Source: Mobula hypostoma (taxonomy: Eukaryota). Taken from it: DNA of 64,000 nucleotides. The position numbers and the translations under genes are program-made. The notes under the pieces are model-generated. The model searched no databases and was not told the DNA's origin. It worked only from the letters and a program-made list of their open reading frames with translations. The stretch lies in the NCBI RefSeq assembly GCF_963921235.1, contig NC_086108.1, positions 63,800,001 through 63,864,000 on the forward strand, in the 5' to 3' direction. Shown piece by piece: positions 12,609 to 25,983 of this stretch; the stretch's first letter is position 1, and every line of letters starts with the position of its first letter.

Positions 12609-14819
12609 AAGCAGCGTACAAATATAAGAATTAATACACTTCTAAAGCAATGAACTTCCAAAGCAATATCTTTCTATATATGCAAGTTCAAAACTCAGGA
12701 TTATAATACATGATTCCTTAATAACAAATATAACAAGGAATTCTAGAGGAATTTATTCCCTAGGAGAAATTATAATGTGCATTTGCTCAAATGTGTAATG
12801 GCTGAGTAAGTAACATTGATGTATTGAAAGAAGCGCTGAATAAATCAGAGTGAGGAAAAAATGGAACGATATATCAATGGGCTAAAATAAAATTGAGGGA
12901 TTTGAGTACAGCATAAATATCAGTGAAGATCAAATGGACTGAATAGCACTTTTCTGTGCAGTAGAAATTCTTTGCAAGTCATCTTTTCTAAGTAATTAAT
13001 TCCATTAACTATATGACCAATAGAAATACTGGTCAACGTCAAATCACGGAGCTAATTGCTGTTAGCCAAGCACTGGCATTAATATAGATACTATAAGATT
13101 TAGATGCATTTATAGACTGCAAGACTTAAAGGAGGAAACAAATCCATCTGGAACTTAAGTTTACCAGGAAATATATTTCTAACACGGCAACAACTTTTTA
13201 TCAGGCATGATTGACATAAACACGTGGTGTGCAAATATTAGAGACCTGAAACAAAGACTCTATGGAGCTGATATAACACAGGGTGAAGATGGAGATGTAG
13301 AGAGCCTCTGCCAGGCAACTGCAGGCAGATCTAGTCCCTAGCATTTGTGCTCTGAAGGGTGAAAGAATTTGGAATCTGGAGTGATGGTATGAGGCACTGT
13401 GGGTGTAGAGGCTAGAGAAATGTTTATGTGGAAACAAAATGTCCATGTATTGTCTGTTAATTGAGAGCCACTTGCTATTGGAGCATTTATAAGTAGAAAA
13501 ACAAGAACAGAGGGAATGCAGAGAAGGAACTGTTAAATGGGAACTTCATAACAAGCAACAAAGAATGAATTCAGGTGTGAGCTAGCGTATCAGTTCAGGC
13601 ATCAAGTGAAAGCTATTGATGAGGGACTTAAAGCACTGCAGGTATAGTATTTATGGGGAAAATGATGCAAAGTGGAAGAAGATATGGCAGCGACGTCAAG
13701 AACCATTGGTGCCGTACAAACTACAGCTATCTTTTAGCATCAATGCTGGCTGACAAAACTTATACCAGCCAATATCTATAGGGAAATTGGTTCAATCTAT
13801 CAATTAATCAGTCTCAGACATCAATTTAGTTTACCTTTGCTGTGCCACCTTCAAGACAAACATATCCTTTTTTACTTATGAGTAAAAATATATGCAGTTA
13901 AGTCTTATACATTACACTTTCACATGCATTTGTCAACATTAAAAGTTTATAAAATTGCCCACACTCCTTATTAAAAAGTATTGATGACAGCACCATTCCT
14001 GTCAAGTTATCAGTTTCTTGCTTTCTCTGTCATCACCAATTCAATTTCAACAATTGTGCTCTATGATAAAATAAACAAAATCTGAACATAAGAAAGCATT
14101 GTAAAAATTACCTGCTTGACCCTTACTTTTTTGTCTCTATGAATGTCAAAACAACCAAAGTACATTGCTTTAGAAGAAGAAAAAAATAATGATTTTAAAT
14201 TCATGCCTCTTTTTGAGTAATGGGAATTGGAAATGTACAAGGTCTCTAAGGAATGGTCAAATAGTTGCCCATAAAATTCTAGTACACACAGCTAAATATT
14301 ATTAATGTTGAATAGATCACTAATTTGAATGCAGAACAAATCTTTCCAGCTCCTTGTTACAATTCAGATTCATCAAGAGTATTCAATGGATAGCACAACA
14401 GCTTAAACGACTTTAGCAAGAAGAACTGAGAATTAACTGCCCTCCATATTGAAGGATGTCTACATTCATCAAACTGCAATGTGGCGACAATCCCATGGGT
14501 AAGTGTTGCCACATAATGAAAGGATAGAATAATGACAGACTTGGTATTACTCTGAATGGGATGTTGGCAATTGCAAATGACTCCAAAAGGTAAAAAAACA
14601 AAAAGTATATCTTTCTTAGTCATAACTTGGTTAAACAAGATGGATCCATGAAATATTATTGAAAGAATAAGGGATTCTTCTCATTTATGGTGATCAAAAA
14701 AGAAAGGATTAGTATTTATACTGAATTTTTCTTCAACGTTTCAGAATAGTAGTCAAAAAAGTGGTTGTTATTCTCAAAGGATAATTGCAGTTTACAACAA
14801 ATTTATATCCTTCCAAAAC

Positions 14820-17680
14820 ATAAAATCCCAATAGGAAAATTGGCCCATTCATGGCTAACAAGAGAACTTAAAGATATTGTATTTTTATCTCAAAAGCATT
14901 GTGCTGTTACCAAAGAGAGAAATAAACCTAATGACTAGGAACAATTTGGATCTTCAAGAACCAATCTATAAGGAAGATGTTGTCAGAATACTGGAAAGCA
15001 AACTAATGAGAAAGTATAAAGACTGTGAAAGCTTCCATAGATGGGCAAAAAAAAGTAAATGCTAATGTGGGTCCCCCAGAGATTTAGTCAGGAGAAATAC
15101 ACCAGCGTATAAGGAAATAGCCCAGAAATGAAACATATATTTTATATCTTTCCATGGGAGAAAATTCAGAATACTTCTCAGAAGTATGAATGAAGAGCAA
15201 AATGAAAATAGCAATAATAAAAAAATAGCACTGATGGAACGGAATACTAATCAATCCTCAGCATCTGATGAATTGCATGAAAAATGTGATTATGAAGCAA
15301 CTGAATAGGTTGGTTTTCATCTTCCAAAGTTCCAGTGATTTCAAACATCTTCCATAGATAGGAAATGTAATGAAAGGCAAAAATCGGCAACTATAGACCA
15401 AGTAGCTTGATACTGGTTGTGGTGAAAATGCTGAAATCTATTATTAATGAAGTGCAAGCAGGACAATTAGAAAATAATAATGATTAGAATCAACAGATTT
15501 ATGAAGGTTGAATCAAATTTAACAAATCTATTAGAGTTTTCTAGGGGTGTGATTGGAAGAATAGATAAGTAGTATCAGTGGATTTTATCCATTGAACTTT
15601 TAGAGGTACTTGATAAGGTGCCACATAAGGGATTTTTGAGCAAGATTAAAACACGTGGGAATGGGGATAATACACTGGTATGAACTGAGGACGGATTAAC
15701 AAACAAGAAAACAATGTGAGAGTAAATAGATTTTTTTGGAATTGGAAGAATGTAGGGATCTCAATCTACAATCAATAGTATAGATGAGGGGAACAAGAAC
15801 AATATATCCAAGTTGTCTGCTTTTTCACAGTTATGTGGCAGTGTGTGTAAGTATCAGAGTTCATATACGTCACCACATACAACAGTTTTTCTGTGGGTTA
15901 GGAAGAAGATAGAAAGAGGTTTCAGGGATATACATATAAGACAAACTAATGAACTAGCAAGGACAGATAAGACTGAATACAATGCAGCAAAATATATGAT
16001 CATAAACTTTGGTAGAAAAATAGCAAGGCAGGGTATTTTTCAAATGGTGAGAATTTGACCAATGGACCTTGTACACAACTCACTAAAAGTTAACATAGAA
16101 ATACAGGTGGTTGGAGCAAAGAATTGTATGGGGGATCACAGAACTAGGCTTTTTACACAGAGTGAAGCACGCAAATGTATGGAATGCACTGTCGGCGATG
16201 GTGGTGCAGGCAGATACATTAGGAACATTTAACAGATTCTTAGATAGGTACATGGATGGTTATGTGGGAGGGAACGGCTAGATTGATCTTGAAGTAGGTT
16301 AAAAGTTCAGCACAACATCATGGGCCAAAGGTCTGTACTATTCCGTAATGTTCTATAGCAAACAGATAGGATAGCCAACAGTATGTTGGCCTTTATAATA
16401 AGAAGATTCTAATTCAAGAGTTAAGCTATCTCATTAGAATTCTGAAGGACATCTGATGCAACTGCATCTTATACAGTATATGTTTTATAAGCTTGATCTC
16501 ACTACTGAAAACAAGGTATACCTGCATTTGTAGAATGATGTCTGTTAGACTAGTACGGTACAGCACAGGAACATTCCCGTCATCCCACAATGTCTGATAG
16601 AATGATGTGCCACACAGGAACATTCCCTTCAGCCCACAATGTCTGCGCCAGCCATGAGGAATAACTAAAATAAACCTGCCAGCCTGCATGTTATGCATAG
16701 TCATCTATTCTCTGCATATTTATGACCACCCCTGAAAGCAAAACACAGGGGCCTACTACCCCGCGTATTTGGAAAAAAAACATACCCCACGCTTCCCTTT
16801 CAAATTTTCCCCCTCTCACCTTAAAGCTATGTACTCTAGTATCTGACATTTCTACCCTGGGTAAAGACTCTGACTGTCTACCCTATCTATGCCTCTCATA
16901 ATTTTAAAAGCCTCTATTAGATCTCCCGTCAGCTTCTGTTACACCACAGAAAACAAACCTTTTGTCCAATATATCTTTATAGTTAATGCTCTCTAATCCA
17001 GGCAGTATCTTTGTTAAACTCTTCCACATTTCCTAAAAATCCTTTATATCCTTTCCGTAATGTGGGCAACAAGAACTGCACACAGTGTTCCAAATATGGC
17101 CTAACCAAGGCTTCATACAGTGTGACATGACTTTCTGACTCGTATACTCAATGCCCAGACAGCTGAAGCAAGAATGCCAGTATGCTTTCTTTACCACCCT
17201 ATCTATTTTTCAGGGAGCCAAGGATGAGCTCTTTCTCGGATCAATTGCAGGGACGGGGAGGAGGGATTGCCCTATAACAACAGATTGAGTAGCCAAGGCT
17301 CTCTTCTTAAGTTTAGAAGAATGAGAAGTGATCTCTCTGACTCTCACCCAAAGCTTAACAGGTAGATGCAGGAAGGACATTCACCCTGGATGGGAAGTGT
17401 AGAATCAGGCTTCACAGTCTCAGAATAAAAAGTTGACCATTTAGTATTGTGAGACTGTAGGAAGGAGAAAAACAAATCACTAGTGGATGGCAATTGCTTG
17501 GGATTCACTGACTAATAGGGCTCTGGTGTCAATGGATATTTGGATATTAAGTGACTCTGGGGATATGGGTTATGGCAGAAACATGGTGCTAAGACTGAGT
17601 ATAATCCATTAACACACTGACTGGCTGAGCAAACACAAAGGACTAACTGGCCTATTCATATTTTGTTTCTATGTTCTTAC
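14820..17680 (+). mobile_element. Old degraded CR1 carrying nested CR1 3' fragments (~16130-16357 on +, ~16555-17210 on -)
   Basis: Decayed RT remnants (ttgataaggtgccacataag, atatccaagttgtctg), a tail at ~17665-17678, and nested 3' ends with their own tails. Confidence 0.7.
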
Positions 17681-18090
17681 ATTCTTAATGTCCCAAAGCT
17701 CCTTATAATCTAATAAAATATGTAACCACTTTTGTCGAATAGAAAACGCAGCAGCAATGTTTGCATAACAAGCTTTCCCAAACAATATAATAAAGCATAA
17801 TCTGAATTTTATGGTGCTGATGGAGGGATAAATAATGGCCAGGAATATGAAGATAAAATCCTTGCTCTTCTTCAAAGTAATGCCCATGTGAGCTTCCAAT
17901 GTAGCTGAGAGAACTGATGGAGTCATGGCTTAATATCCCATCTGAAAGATTGCACCTCTAACAGTAGAACATCCCGGCAGCATTGCAAAGAAGAGTTAGC
18001 CGAAATTTCTGTGCTCAGATCTCTGGAATAGACTTTGATTCATTAACCTTATGGCTCAGAAACATGAATGTCACTAATTGAAATACAGCT
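17680..18090 (-). mobile_element. DeuSINE (SacSINE1/AmnSINE1-like), near full length, degraded
   Basis: Deu-domain-like blocks in reverse orientation: gagggataaataatggccagga, ttgctcttcttcaaagtaatgcccatg, catctgaaagattgcacctctaacagt, with the head at ~18000-18090. Recognised by motif, not by search. Confidence 0.7.
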
Positions 18091-18271
18091 GATATGTTCC
18101 GCGCACTGAAGCCCAAAACACAAATTTTGTAGGTCATAGTAAAACCATTGAACTTGAAGTTCTAAGTTTTCAAACAGAATCTTTTTCCTACACCACTAAG
18201 ATAAAACCTATCATTTAATATTTTGTAACAAAGCAGAAGAAACAGCTGTCCAAAATTATTAATTTACTCAC

Positions 18272-18467
18272 CTTTCTCCATATTTTTCAATGATATATGA
18301 AAATTCTGGGAAGGGGATGAATTATCCCCATCTGTAACAAGGAAACGAAAGCTGTCATGGCCTGTTGATCCCACAATGGTAGTATGGAGATACCAGAGTC
18401 GGTTCATATCGATATCTTCTTGACTAAAGTTCATGCCTGGGTAAAGTCTTATCCATTCAAACATAGT
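18272..18467 (-). CDS. FREM1: FREM1-type exon (196 nt, phase 0 to 1): TMFEWIRLYPGMNFSQED…KNMEK(G)
   Basis: aaatag| acceptor and |gtgagt donor; in phase with both neighbouring exons. Confidence 0.93.
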
Positions 18468-19740
18468 CTATTTAACGTGAATAAATAAACCAGATTAATA
18501 AATGATTTTAATACCAATTGTATCATTGTATTTAGCCCTTGATTATGAAGCCTGTAATTTCCCTGGAGTGAAGAGCTGTCTCCACTGAACGATTGCTTCC
18601 CTGCTAAACTCATTCTCTGACCTTGAGCAAATCATATAGTGAAAACTTCCTCAATGGAGCCATCTCTAACCTATCGCTGAGGTCTTGCCAATCACAGACA
18701 TGCCTGGATACCTGGTTTAGCCATCACTGCTGGTTGAACCAGCCATCGTGTGAATAAACACTCAAAAACCATAAAAATCTGAACAATATTAAAATGCAAT
18801 ACATTTGGTAATAATGAAGTACATATGATTTAACATTTACAATGTAGAAGGAAGATATCCCTGTGTACATTCTGGGAAACTGCAGAAAGCTCACACTCCA
18901 TTACATGAGAAGTGCAAGGTCAGAGCACAATTTAAAGACAAAAGTTCGGGACTTTCACATTCACATATGCTTGCATGACAGTGCCAAGGTCCCTGACAGT
19001 AAATGCCAGCAACTCCATATGGAACTGTCAGGCCTTTAAGAAGAAATAATTGCAGGCTGTAGCCAATTCCCCTTTCACATCACTCCCATCCTATGAATTA
19101 CAACAATAGAGCATTTAAATAACACCAGGGTATGACAGCAGTGAGATGAAAATTCTTTCTGTACATTTTAAAATATTACTGCTCGTAACTGACATACAGT
19201 AAGGTTAGTTTCTTTATACCAACACACCAACTTTCAGCAGTTAGGATTCTATAGCAATAAAATATGTAACTGGCTAATGTGTTTTAGTAGCCTTGATTGT
19301 AGAATGTGCTTTGAGCAAGGCACCATGAAAACCATCTGTTCTTGTCCAAAATGTTTTTTTGATCCACTTGAGCAGGCAGACAAGACCACTATTTCATGTT
19401 CTACCCTTAAGTATTTCATGTTAGTTAAGCTAACGAAGTCCATAAACACATTGTTGTCTATAAAGTCCATTAGCTACTCTACAACAGCGTCCAGTTGTTT
19501 ATTAAATGTTCAATTGATCTTGCTTTCACCATCATCTGGAATTCTATTAGGCACATCAAAAGCTTTTTGTGTAAAGAATATTTTCTTAATATGATTAATT
19601 TTATTAGTTTGATTTTTTAAACCTCAAAGTAGTTTCTGATGTTATTCCTTTCAAACTTTATAACCCTAAAAGGGGACCGAGACAAGTTCAAGTTTTTCTT
19701 GCTTTAACCTCTCTCAGATCCTGAACAGTGAGTGAAAGAT

Positions 19741-19905
19741 TGTAGATGCTGGAAACTTACAACAGAAAATGCTGGACACACTCAGCAGTTCAGGCAACAT
19801 CTGTGGGAAGTAAAACTGAGCTAACATTTCAGATTTCAACGTTATAGAGTAAATCTGAAATGTTGACTCTGTTTCTCTTCCAACAGGTGCAGCCTGATCT
19901 GAGTA
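19741..19905. repeat. Palindromic hairpin repeat (Penelope-like terminal derivative), copy A
   Basis: Inverted arms ~19780-19836 and 19851-19904, with a perfect 14-bp innermost stem aacatttcagattt/aaatctgaaatgtt. Confidence 0.75.
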
Positions 19906-20444
19906 TGATCAATCTTTAAAACTAAACCCAATTGGTTCAGTATTTTTTGGACATGTTGTGATTCTAGACCACAAGGAGTTAAGCATTAAACCTTTATTAT
20001 CTACACCTTTGGCTTGTTCAATACATTTCATAAAATGTGCAACTCAACAATTTCTGCTAACTAATCATGGCATTCTGTATTTGCTTACATTACGTTTAAC
20101 TAATCCTCTTTCATTCCTGATACTTGGAGTTGACATCCACTCTAATCTAGACTATAGTTTTAATTCATTAGGAATGCTTAGGCATCTGGTAAGACAGCAT
20201 TTTTTTGCCCAGTTCTAATTGTCCTTGAGAGAATGCTGATGATCTGCTGTCTTGAAATGCTGCAAATTGTGTCCTGAAGATACTCTCTCTTTTATACACC
20301 TCTTTTCAATCAGCCTTCCCAATATTACAACTCCTCTTTAAAATGCATGAATGCCTCACCTCAACCTTTGCGTCTCTCAGTAATCCTTCATCAAGAACTT
20401 ACATTTTTAAGGGATATAATTTTCTCAAGTCGATGTAGAAATTC

Positions 20445-20570
20445 AGGCATTACAGTCTTCCCTCATTATAGCACCAGATAGTCTGACTGGATTATGTACT
20501 CATGCTGTGGTGGCGTATGAACGCATAATCCAATGACTCAGATGGAAAAGTGACAGCAGTTCAGGCAAAC
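20445..20570 (-). mobile_element. DeuSINE 5' head fragment
   Basis: Similar to 17960-18090 (ctggattatgtactca…tgactcagatggaaaagtg). Confidence 0.5.
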
Positions 20571-21064
20571 CTGCACCCAAGTCCACACAGGTAAAAGACA
20601 CTGCACTAGAAATTCAATTGCAGAATGCAGCATTTACGTGTATCACATGATGGGATATAACCTAAAAGCCAATCGCTCTGCTCTGCTTGATCTATAGCAA
20701 CTTCCTGAAACTAAAAAACCAAGTTCAATTTTTAATAGACATTGATTAAAGAGGGTTGCTGGGGTATGTTTTAGTGGTGCCATTGGGCTTGCTAAATACG
20801 ATTAATGCCACTTTCACCATGTGATACAGCAAGTAAGTACTCAGGCCTGCTCTACAGCAGCTGATGAGACCATGTAGCGCTGGCCAACTCCTGTCTCACT
20901 TACAGAATTTGCCTCATTTGTAATTTTGCCAGAAAGCCCAACCTTGAAGATTTCACAGTGACAACCCTGATGATTTCCTTCTTAATGGAAGTTCATCTTT
21001 TTTTTTCTTTAGGATGTGCAGCAGATGGGAGAATCAAGTTTTCATTATTATGACGCCTGCCATA

Positions 21065-21665
21065 TTCAAATCAAAGTAAAGTCACATTTATTGTCATTGT
21101 CACAAGTATATATCTATGGAGGTGAATGAAAATTTACTTGCAGCAGAATCACAGGAACATAGCATCTGTTACCCAATGTTCACAAGAAAACCAAATTAAA
21201 TACAAATTACACGAAATTGTACAAGAAGGGACTCTCAATTAGAGCAAAAGTAGTAATCAAAGTGGTTATAGTTGTTGCTATACTGAGGAAGTAATTAAGG
21301 TTGTGCAGGTAGGTCTTACAACCAAGTGGTTGAAGGGAAGTAGCTGCTCTTGAACCTGGTGGTGTGAGATTTCGGGCTTGGTGTTAGTGATGAGAAGGTG
21401 GCATGGTCTGCATGGTGGGAATCTTTGATGATGGACGTTGCCATCCTGTAGATACTGCCAGCGGTAGGGAGGGATGTATTGGGCTAAATCCACAACTTCC
21501 TACAGCTTCTTATGTTCTTGTGCATTCAGATTGCCAAGCCAGATCAGTCAGGATATTTTCAATAGTACTTCTGTAGAAGGTTGTTCAAGTGTTCGGTGAC
21601 AAGCCAGACCTCTTTGGCCTTCTCAGAAAGTGCGGACACTGGCGTGAGTTTCTTGTGATTGTATC
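21065..21665 (-). mobile_element. Rex1/Babar-type LINE 3' fragment
   Basis: Reverse complement of …caggttcaagagcagctacttccc…, homologous to the 3' ends at 55421-56050 and ~34600-34700; TTTGA-type tail. Confidence 0.75.
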
Positions 21666-21749
21666 CATGTGCTGGGTCTAAGGGAGATCAGGACAGCTCA
21701 GGAATGATATTGAGAATAGACGCTTTGAGAGATCCCACCACAAAAGGAA

Positions 21750-21985
21750 ATTGCAGAAACTGCAATATAAACAGAAAAATTCTGGAAACACTCAGCAGTC
21801 CTGACAACATATGTGAAACAAGAACAGAGATGATGTTTTAAACTGAAGACTCTTCATCAAAATCCTTTGTTCTGGTGAAAGGTCCTTGACCTGGAACTCT
21901 GTTTCTCTTTACACAGATGCTACCTGGCTGTTGAGTGTTTCCAGATTTTTCTGTTTTTACTTATGATTTACAGCATCTGCGGTTT
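21750..21985. repeat. Palindromic hairpin repeat (Penelope-like terminal derivative), copy B
   Basis: Arms aaacagaaaaattctggaaacactcagcag and ctgttgagtgtttccagattttttctgttttt; hammerhead-like core remnant near 21871-21898. Confidence 0.75.
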
Positions 21986-22939
21986 TCTTCAAAGTTGCAT
22001 TGCTTGCCAGTGCTTCCTTGCACTGGATTTCGGAAGTACTGATTCTAGCACGTACAAAGGAATGCACTGTCTGTGTCGGATATTGCAGTTCAGATGCCCA
22101 GAATAAAACTGGCGTGGCCCTCTCATCCAATGGCACTTCAGTCTGTGTTTTCACACATGGAATTAAAAAGCCAGGGTTAGCAAGAGAAGTAGGGCACAAC
22201 CTTGATTTGCATGGTGACAATAATGCACATTCAGCTTAAAGGGAACATTTGTCGTCTGGACAAATTTGAACTGCTTGAGGTCACAAGAGCTAAGAAACCT
22301 GTGTTACGTTGCTCAGATCCCTAAACTTTGAGCTGCTCTGCTGGGCACGTGCCCTTGTAATCCTGACAGAGGCACTCAACACTGAATAATAACCCTGTCT
22401 CTTGAATATGAGACAAAGGCATGGCGAGGAGAAATTGAAGACCATTCTTCACCCTGCTGCTGTTCCAGCAGCACAATAGCACTGCCAGAATTATTAAGCC
22501 TCTTACACTGGTTTCCCAATTCAGTTGAATGAAATTATAAAAGGGAGGAGGAGGACAAATTTATTTGGTGTCGGTGATGAGCAATATTATAAAGAAGGAT
22601 ACGTTTCTCATGCAGAATGCCCGTGGGTTGTGTTTTCAACATGCTGGTGTGTCTTTCCTCCTAAACACTTACTTAATTTCATTGGAACCACTGACCACAG
22701 GGAACCTTCAGCAAACTGAAGAAACCACTGTACAAAAGCAGCAGAGGAAATCTTTCCCTCTGGTGCCACCACAATTTAAAAATAATCGTCCATGAATGAT
22801 TAATGAGCCTTGCTTTTCTGAGGAGAATAATCACAGTTCCTGCATGGTGCAGTTATTTAAAGCCAGGAATTAGTTTTTCTCTGAATTCCTTCCATGTGTA
22901 GCATATGAGAATATTCTGTAGTTTTGTTTCAGATTTTAC

Positions 22940-23081
22940 CTTTAACTGCAGCTGTCCAAATACAGGCGTACTGTTGATGATATAGTGGAGCTCAAATCGT
23001 GGTGTGTCCTTATCTTCAGCCTCTAAGGCCACACTGGATATCACCTTGTTTTCTCCCATTCCCACTTCCAATCCGGTGTTC
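22940..23081 (-). CDS. FREM1: FREM1-type exon (142 nt, phase 2 to 0): (K)NTGLEVGMGENKVISS…GQLQLK
   Basis: tttag| acceptor and |gtaaaa donor; in phase. Confidence 0.93.
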
Positions 23082-24152
23082 CTAAACACACAACTGTCAA
23101 TGTAAATCCGTCCAGTGCTTCAATAGTTTGGGAATGAATTCACCAGCACAGAAATATGTAATCTCTGGAATATTGTTAATTCTCTTTTAACCACTGAAAG
23201 CCACAGCACAGCTTCCTAAATTTATCAACTAACACTCCGACAATTGAAATATTTTACTGAAGTGAGCATATTTGATCTTTTAGCATTTTAAGACCATAGT
23301 CACAATGAAAGGATTTAACAAACTGACTGTTTTGGTATTTATCAATTTGTTGGATGGTAGACGTCAAATATCTAGAAACTGTAAATGTCTAGAAACTGAG
23401 CACTGTCTAGTGAGCTTCAGATATATCATAACCAGGCTGAACATCCTCACACATACATTTGCCAGCAAATGTTACTGGAAAGCAATGCAGTAAATGGAAA
23501 GTTTAGCAGATTTTCCTTTCCTTTGCTCTGTGTGCTGAAGCCAACTGCACCAGTGATACTAGTATCCCAGCTGAAATCAGTCAAGTCAGCACAGGAACTT
23601 GGAACTTCCTTGGCAGTGCTGTTGAGTTTCACACTGCAAAGTTCACATAACTGCTGGACCAAAAAAGAATAACTGAACCCATCAACTTGAACAAAGGATA
23701 AAATGATGATTTAAGCAGTAGCAGGTAAATCTATTTTATAAATTATTATTTATAACAGACAACGTTGTCCTTTGTGTCATTCAGATATATACAGGAGCAT
23801 GGGCTTTGTATAATCTGTTGCCTAATCTGATACCATTATGTTCCTTGATGACCTTAATTTGAATTTTTTATATATTTTGATAAATTTGCCAATCACAGTG
23901 AGAGTAGTTTTAAAAATTTTTCATTAATTGATGCTAAATAGTAATGCAAGAAACTATTCCATCTTTGATCATTATCTAGCGGTTCCAAGGACAAGCCACA
24001 AAATGAAAAAGAAAAAGAACACAAATGAAAAACTGAATTAAACTTCATGAGTCATTTCTCACCTCCCTCAAAAACATGCTTACTCACTGCTCCCGTTGAA
24101 ACTACACAAGGAATTCATGCTCTGGATCTCTCACCAGAGAATCAAAGCTTAC

Positions 24153-24297
24153 TTTGAAATAACTGGTTCCTCGTCATTGACTGATATAACATTGATATAT
24201 ACTGTGCCGTGGACCATGTGCTTGCCATCTGTCAGCTGGATGGTAAAAAAGTCCTTTAGGGTTTCTGTGTCATCGTGCATGTACATGAGCTTCATTC
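24153..24297 (-). CDS. FREM1: FREM1-type exon (145 nt, phase 1 to 2): [27 protein letters not shown]…VNDEEPVIS(K)
   Basis: ttttgcag| acceptor and |gtaagc donor. Not in the supplied ORF track; translated by hand. CSPG motifs YxHD, TDG and VNDE. Confidence 0.93.
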
Positions 24298-25117
24298 CTG
24301 CAAAAAGAAGTTACAACGAATCAATGAGTGCACGTGACCCCCTAAACATCTAAGCTCTCCGCAATCACACAGCACTTCATTAAGCATAGGGTATTGTTCA
24401 GTACAAATATGATGAAAAGATGCCTCAGGGTAGTTCACTTATGGCATTACATGAAAGACAATTCCAGGTTTTACTCGCTCAGGTGCCATACTTCGATTTT
24501 ATTTGGTTTCATCGATTAGACAACTTTTGAAGAAGTTAGTTGAGAGTTATATCAATTAAGAAAAAAGTTACAGCAGAAAATAATCTACAATATTAACAAC
24601 CTGTAACCTAGGAAGTCAGGCAAAACATGAAATGCAGGTATCTAACAAGGAAATCAATGCAAAAATACTTCTTAGATGTAGATTCCTCCAGGCAATTAAA
24701 CTCAGTAAAAGATGCAACCTTACAATAACATAGGCATCGTTTCCTCCAGCAACAGCCATGTTCATTTCTCACCCCACCAAATGTCGATACCCAAATAAAG
24801 GAGTTTAAAAAAAAACAAAGAAAGATTGTTCTAGAACCTTTGTTTGAATTGCCAGCCCTTGTTTAAGTGAACACCCAGCCACACTTGGGCTACAGGAAGA
24901 AATTGTCAAATATCTTCTACTATGAAGACAAGATATTCTGACTGACGCCCTGTAAAGTAGCCAGTTGGAGGACATGAAGCTTACCTGAAGGTATTACAGT
25001 GAAGTTGTGGCACATGGATTGAATATTATATCAGGTTTTGTGGATCTGCCATTTCTACTTCAGGGCAGTTAACATATCAATGTCCTAAATTAGGAAAAAC
25101 ACACTTCTCAAATGGTG

Positions 25118-25372
25118 AGAAAATGATAGAAATACTCAGAAGGTCAGGCCGTATCAGTGGGAAGAGAAACAGCGCTAATGTTTCAGGTTGTGGGCCCATT
25201 GTCAGATTTGGAAAGGAAATCTCCTTCCCAATTCTGAAGAACAGTCTTCAACCTGAAAAAATACCTCTGTTTCCCTTCCTAGAGATGTGGTCTGACTTCA
25301 TGAATACTTTCCAGCATTTTCTGTTTTTTTTTAAATTTTAGCTTTCCAGATTTCCTGCATCTACAATTGTTT
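25118..25372. repeat. Palindromic hairpin repeat (Penelope-like terminal derivative), copy C
   Basis: Inverted arms around 25210-25230; CTGAAGA…GAAA on + and CTGACAA…GAAAC on -. Confidence 0.7.
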
Positions 25373-25983
25373 TGAGCTGTACATCTCCACTTGTGGAGGT
25401 AGCTGTGGAATGCCCATGGGGACAACTCCCTTAAATCCATATCAGAAACCACCACTGCACCCTCCAGCAGTATGGGAGTTCAGCTCACTCCATTTCCTGC
25501 CACAGTCCATTTTCTGCTTCAATATATTTTTCTCCATTTTGTATTTTATTCCAAAGACTTTTTGTTCCATTCAGGGTCTTTTCCTTTCTGGGAAAAAAAA
25601 CAAGTTTATTTCTGTATGTGGTTGTGCACTTTTACCCCCTGTTGACTGTTTTAGCACACCTATCATCTTGTAGCCAGTTATCTTTAAATGTTTGCATTCA
25701 CACCACTGTGCAAGTTCTCAGCAGCATGTGCATCTCACATTGCAAGTCTATAATGAAAGTGCAATTGTGACCAACCCCAGGAGATCTGGCAAATTCTGAA
25801 ATGAGTCTTGCAGAGAGTCAATTATGGAAAACTTTGGAAAACTATCACACTACTGTAACCAGCCCTCAACTTGTTTCAGCCACAGCCTTAGCTATTATAA
25901 CATAATTTATTATTCAGAACACTCAACAATCTTCTTCATTTTTCAGTGTACACTTGTTTGTATTAAATTTTATCTGCTCTTGC

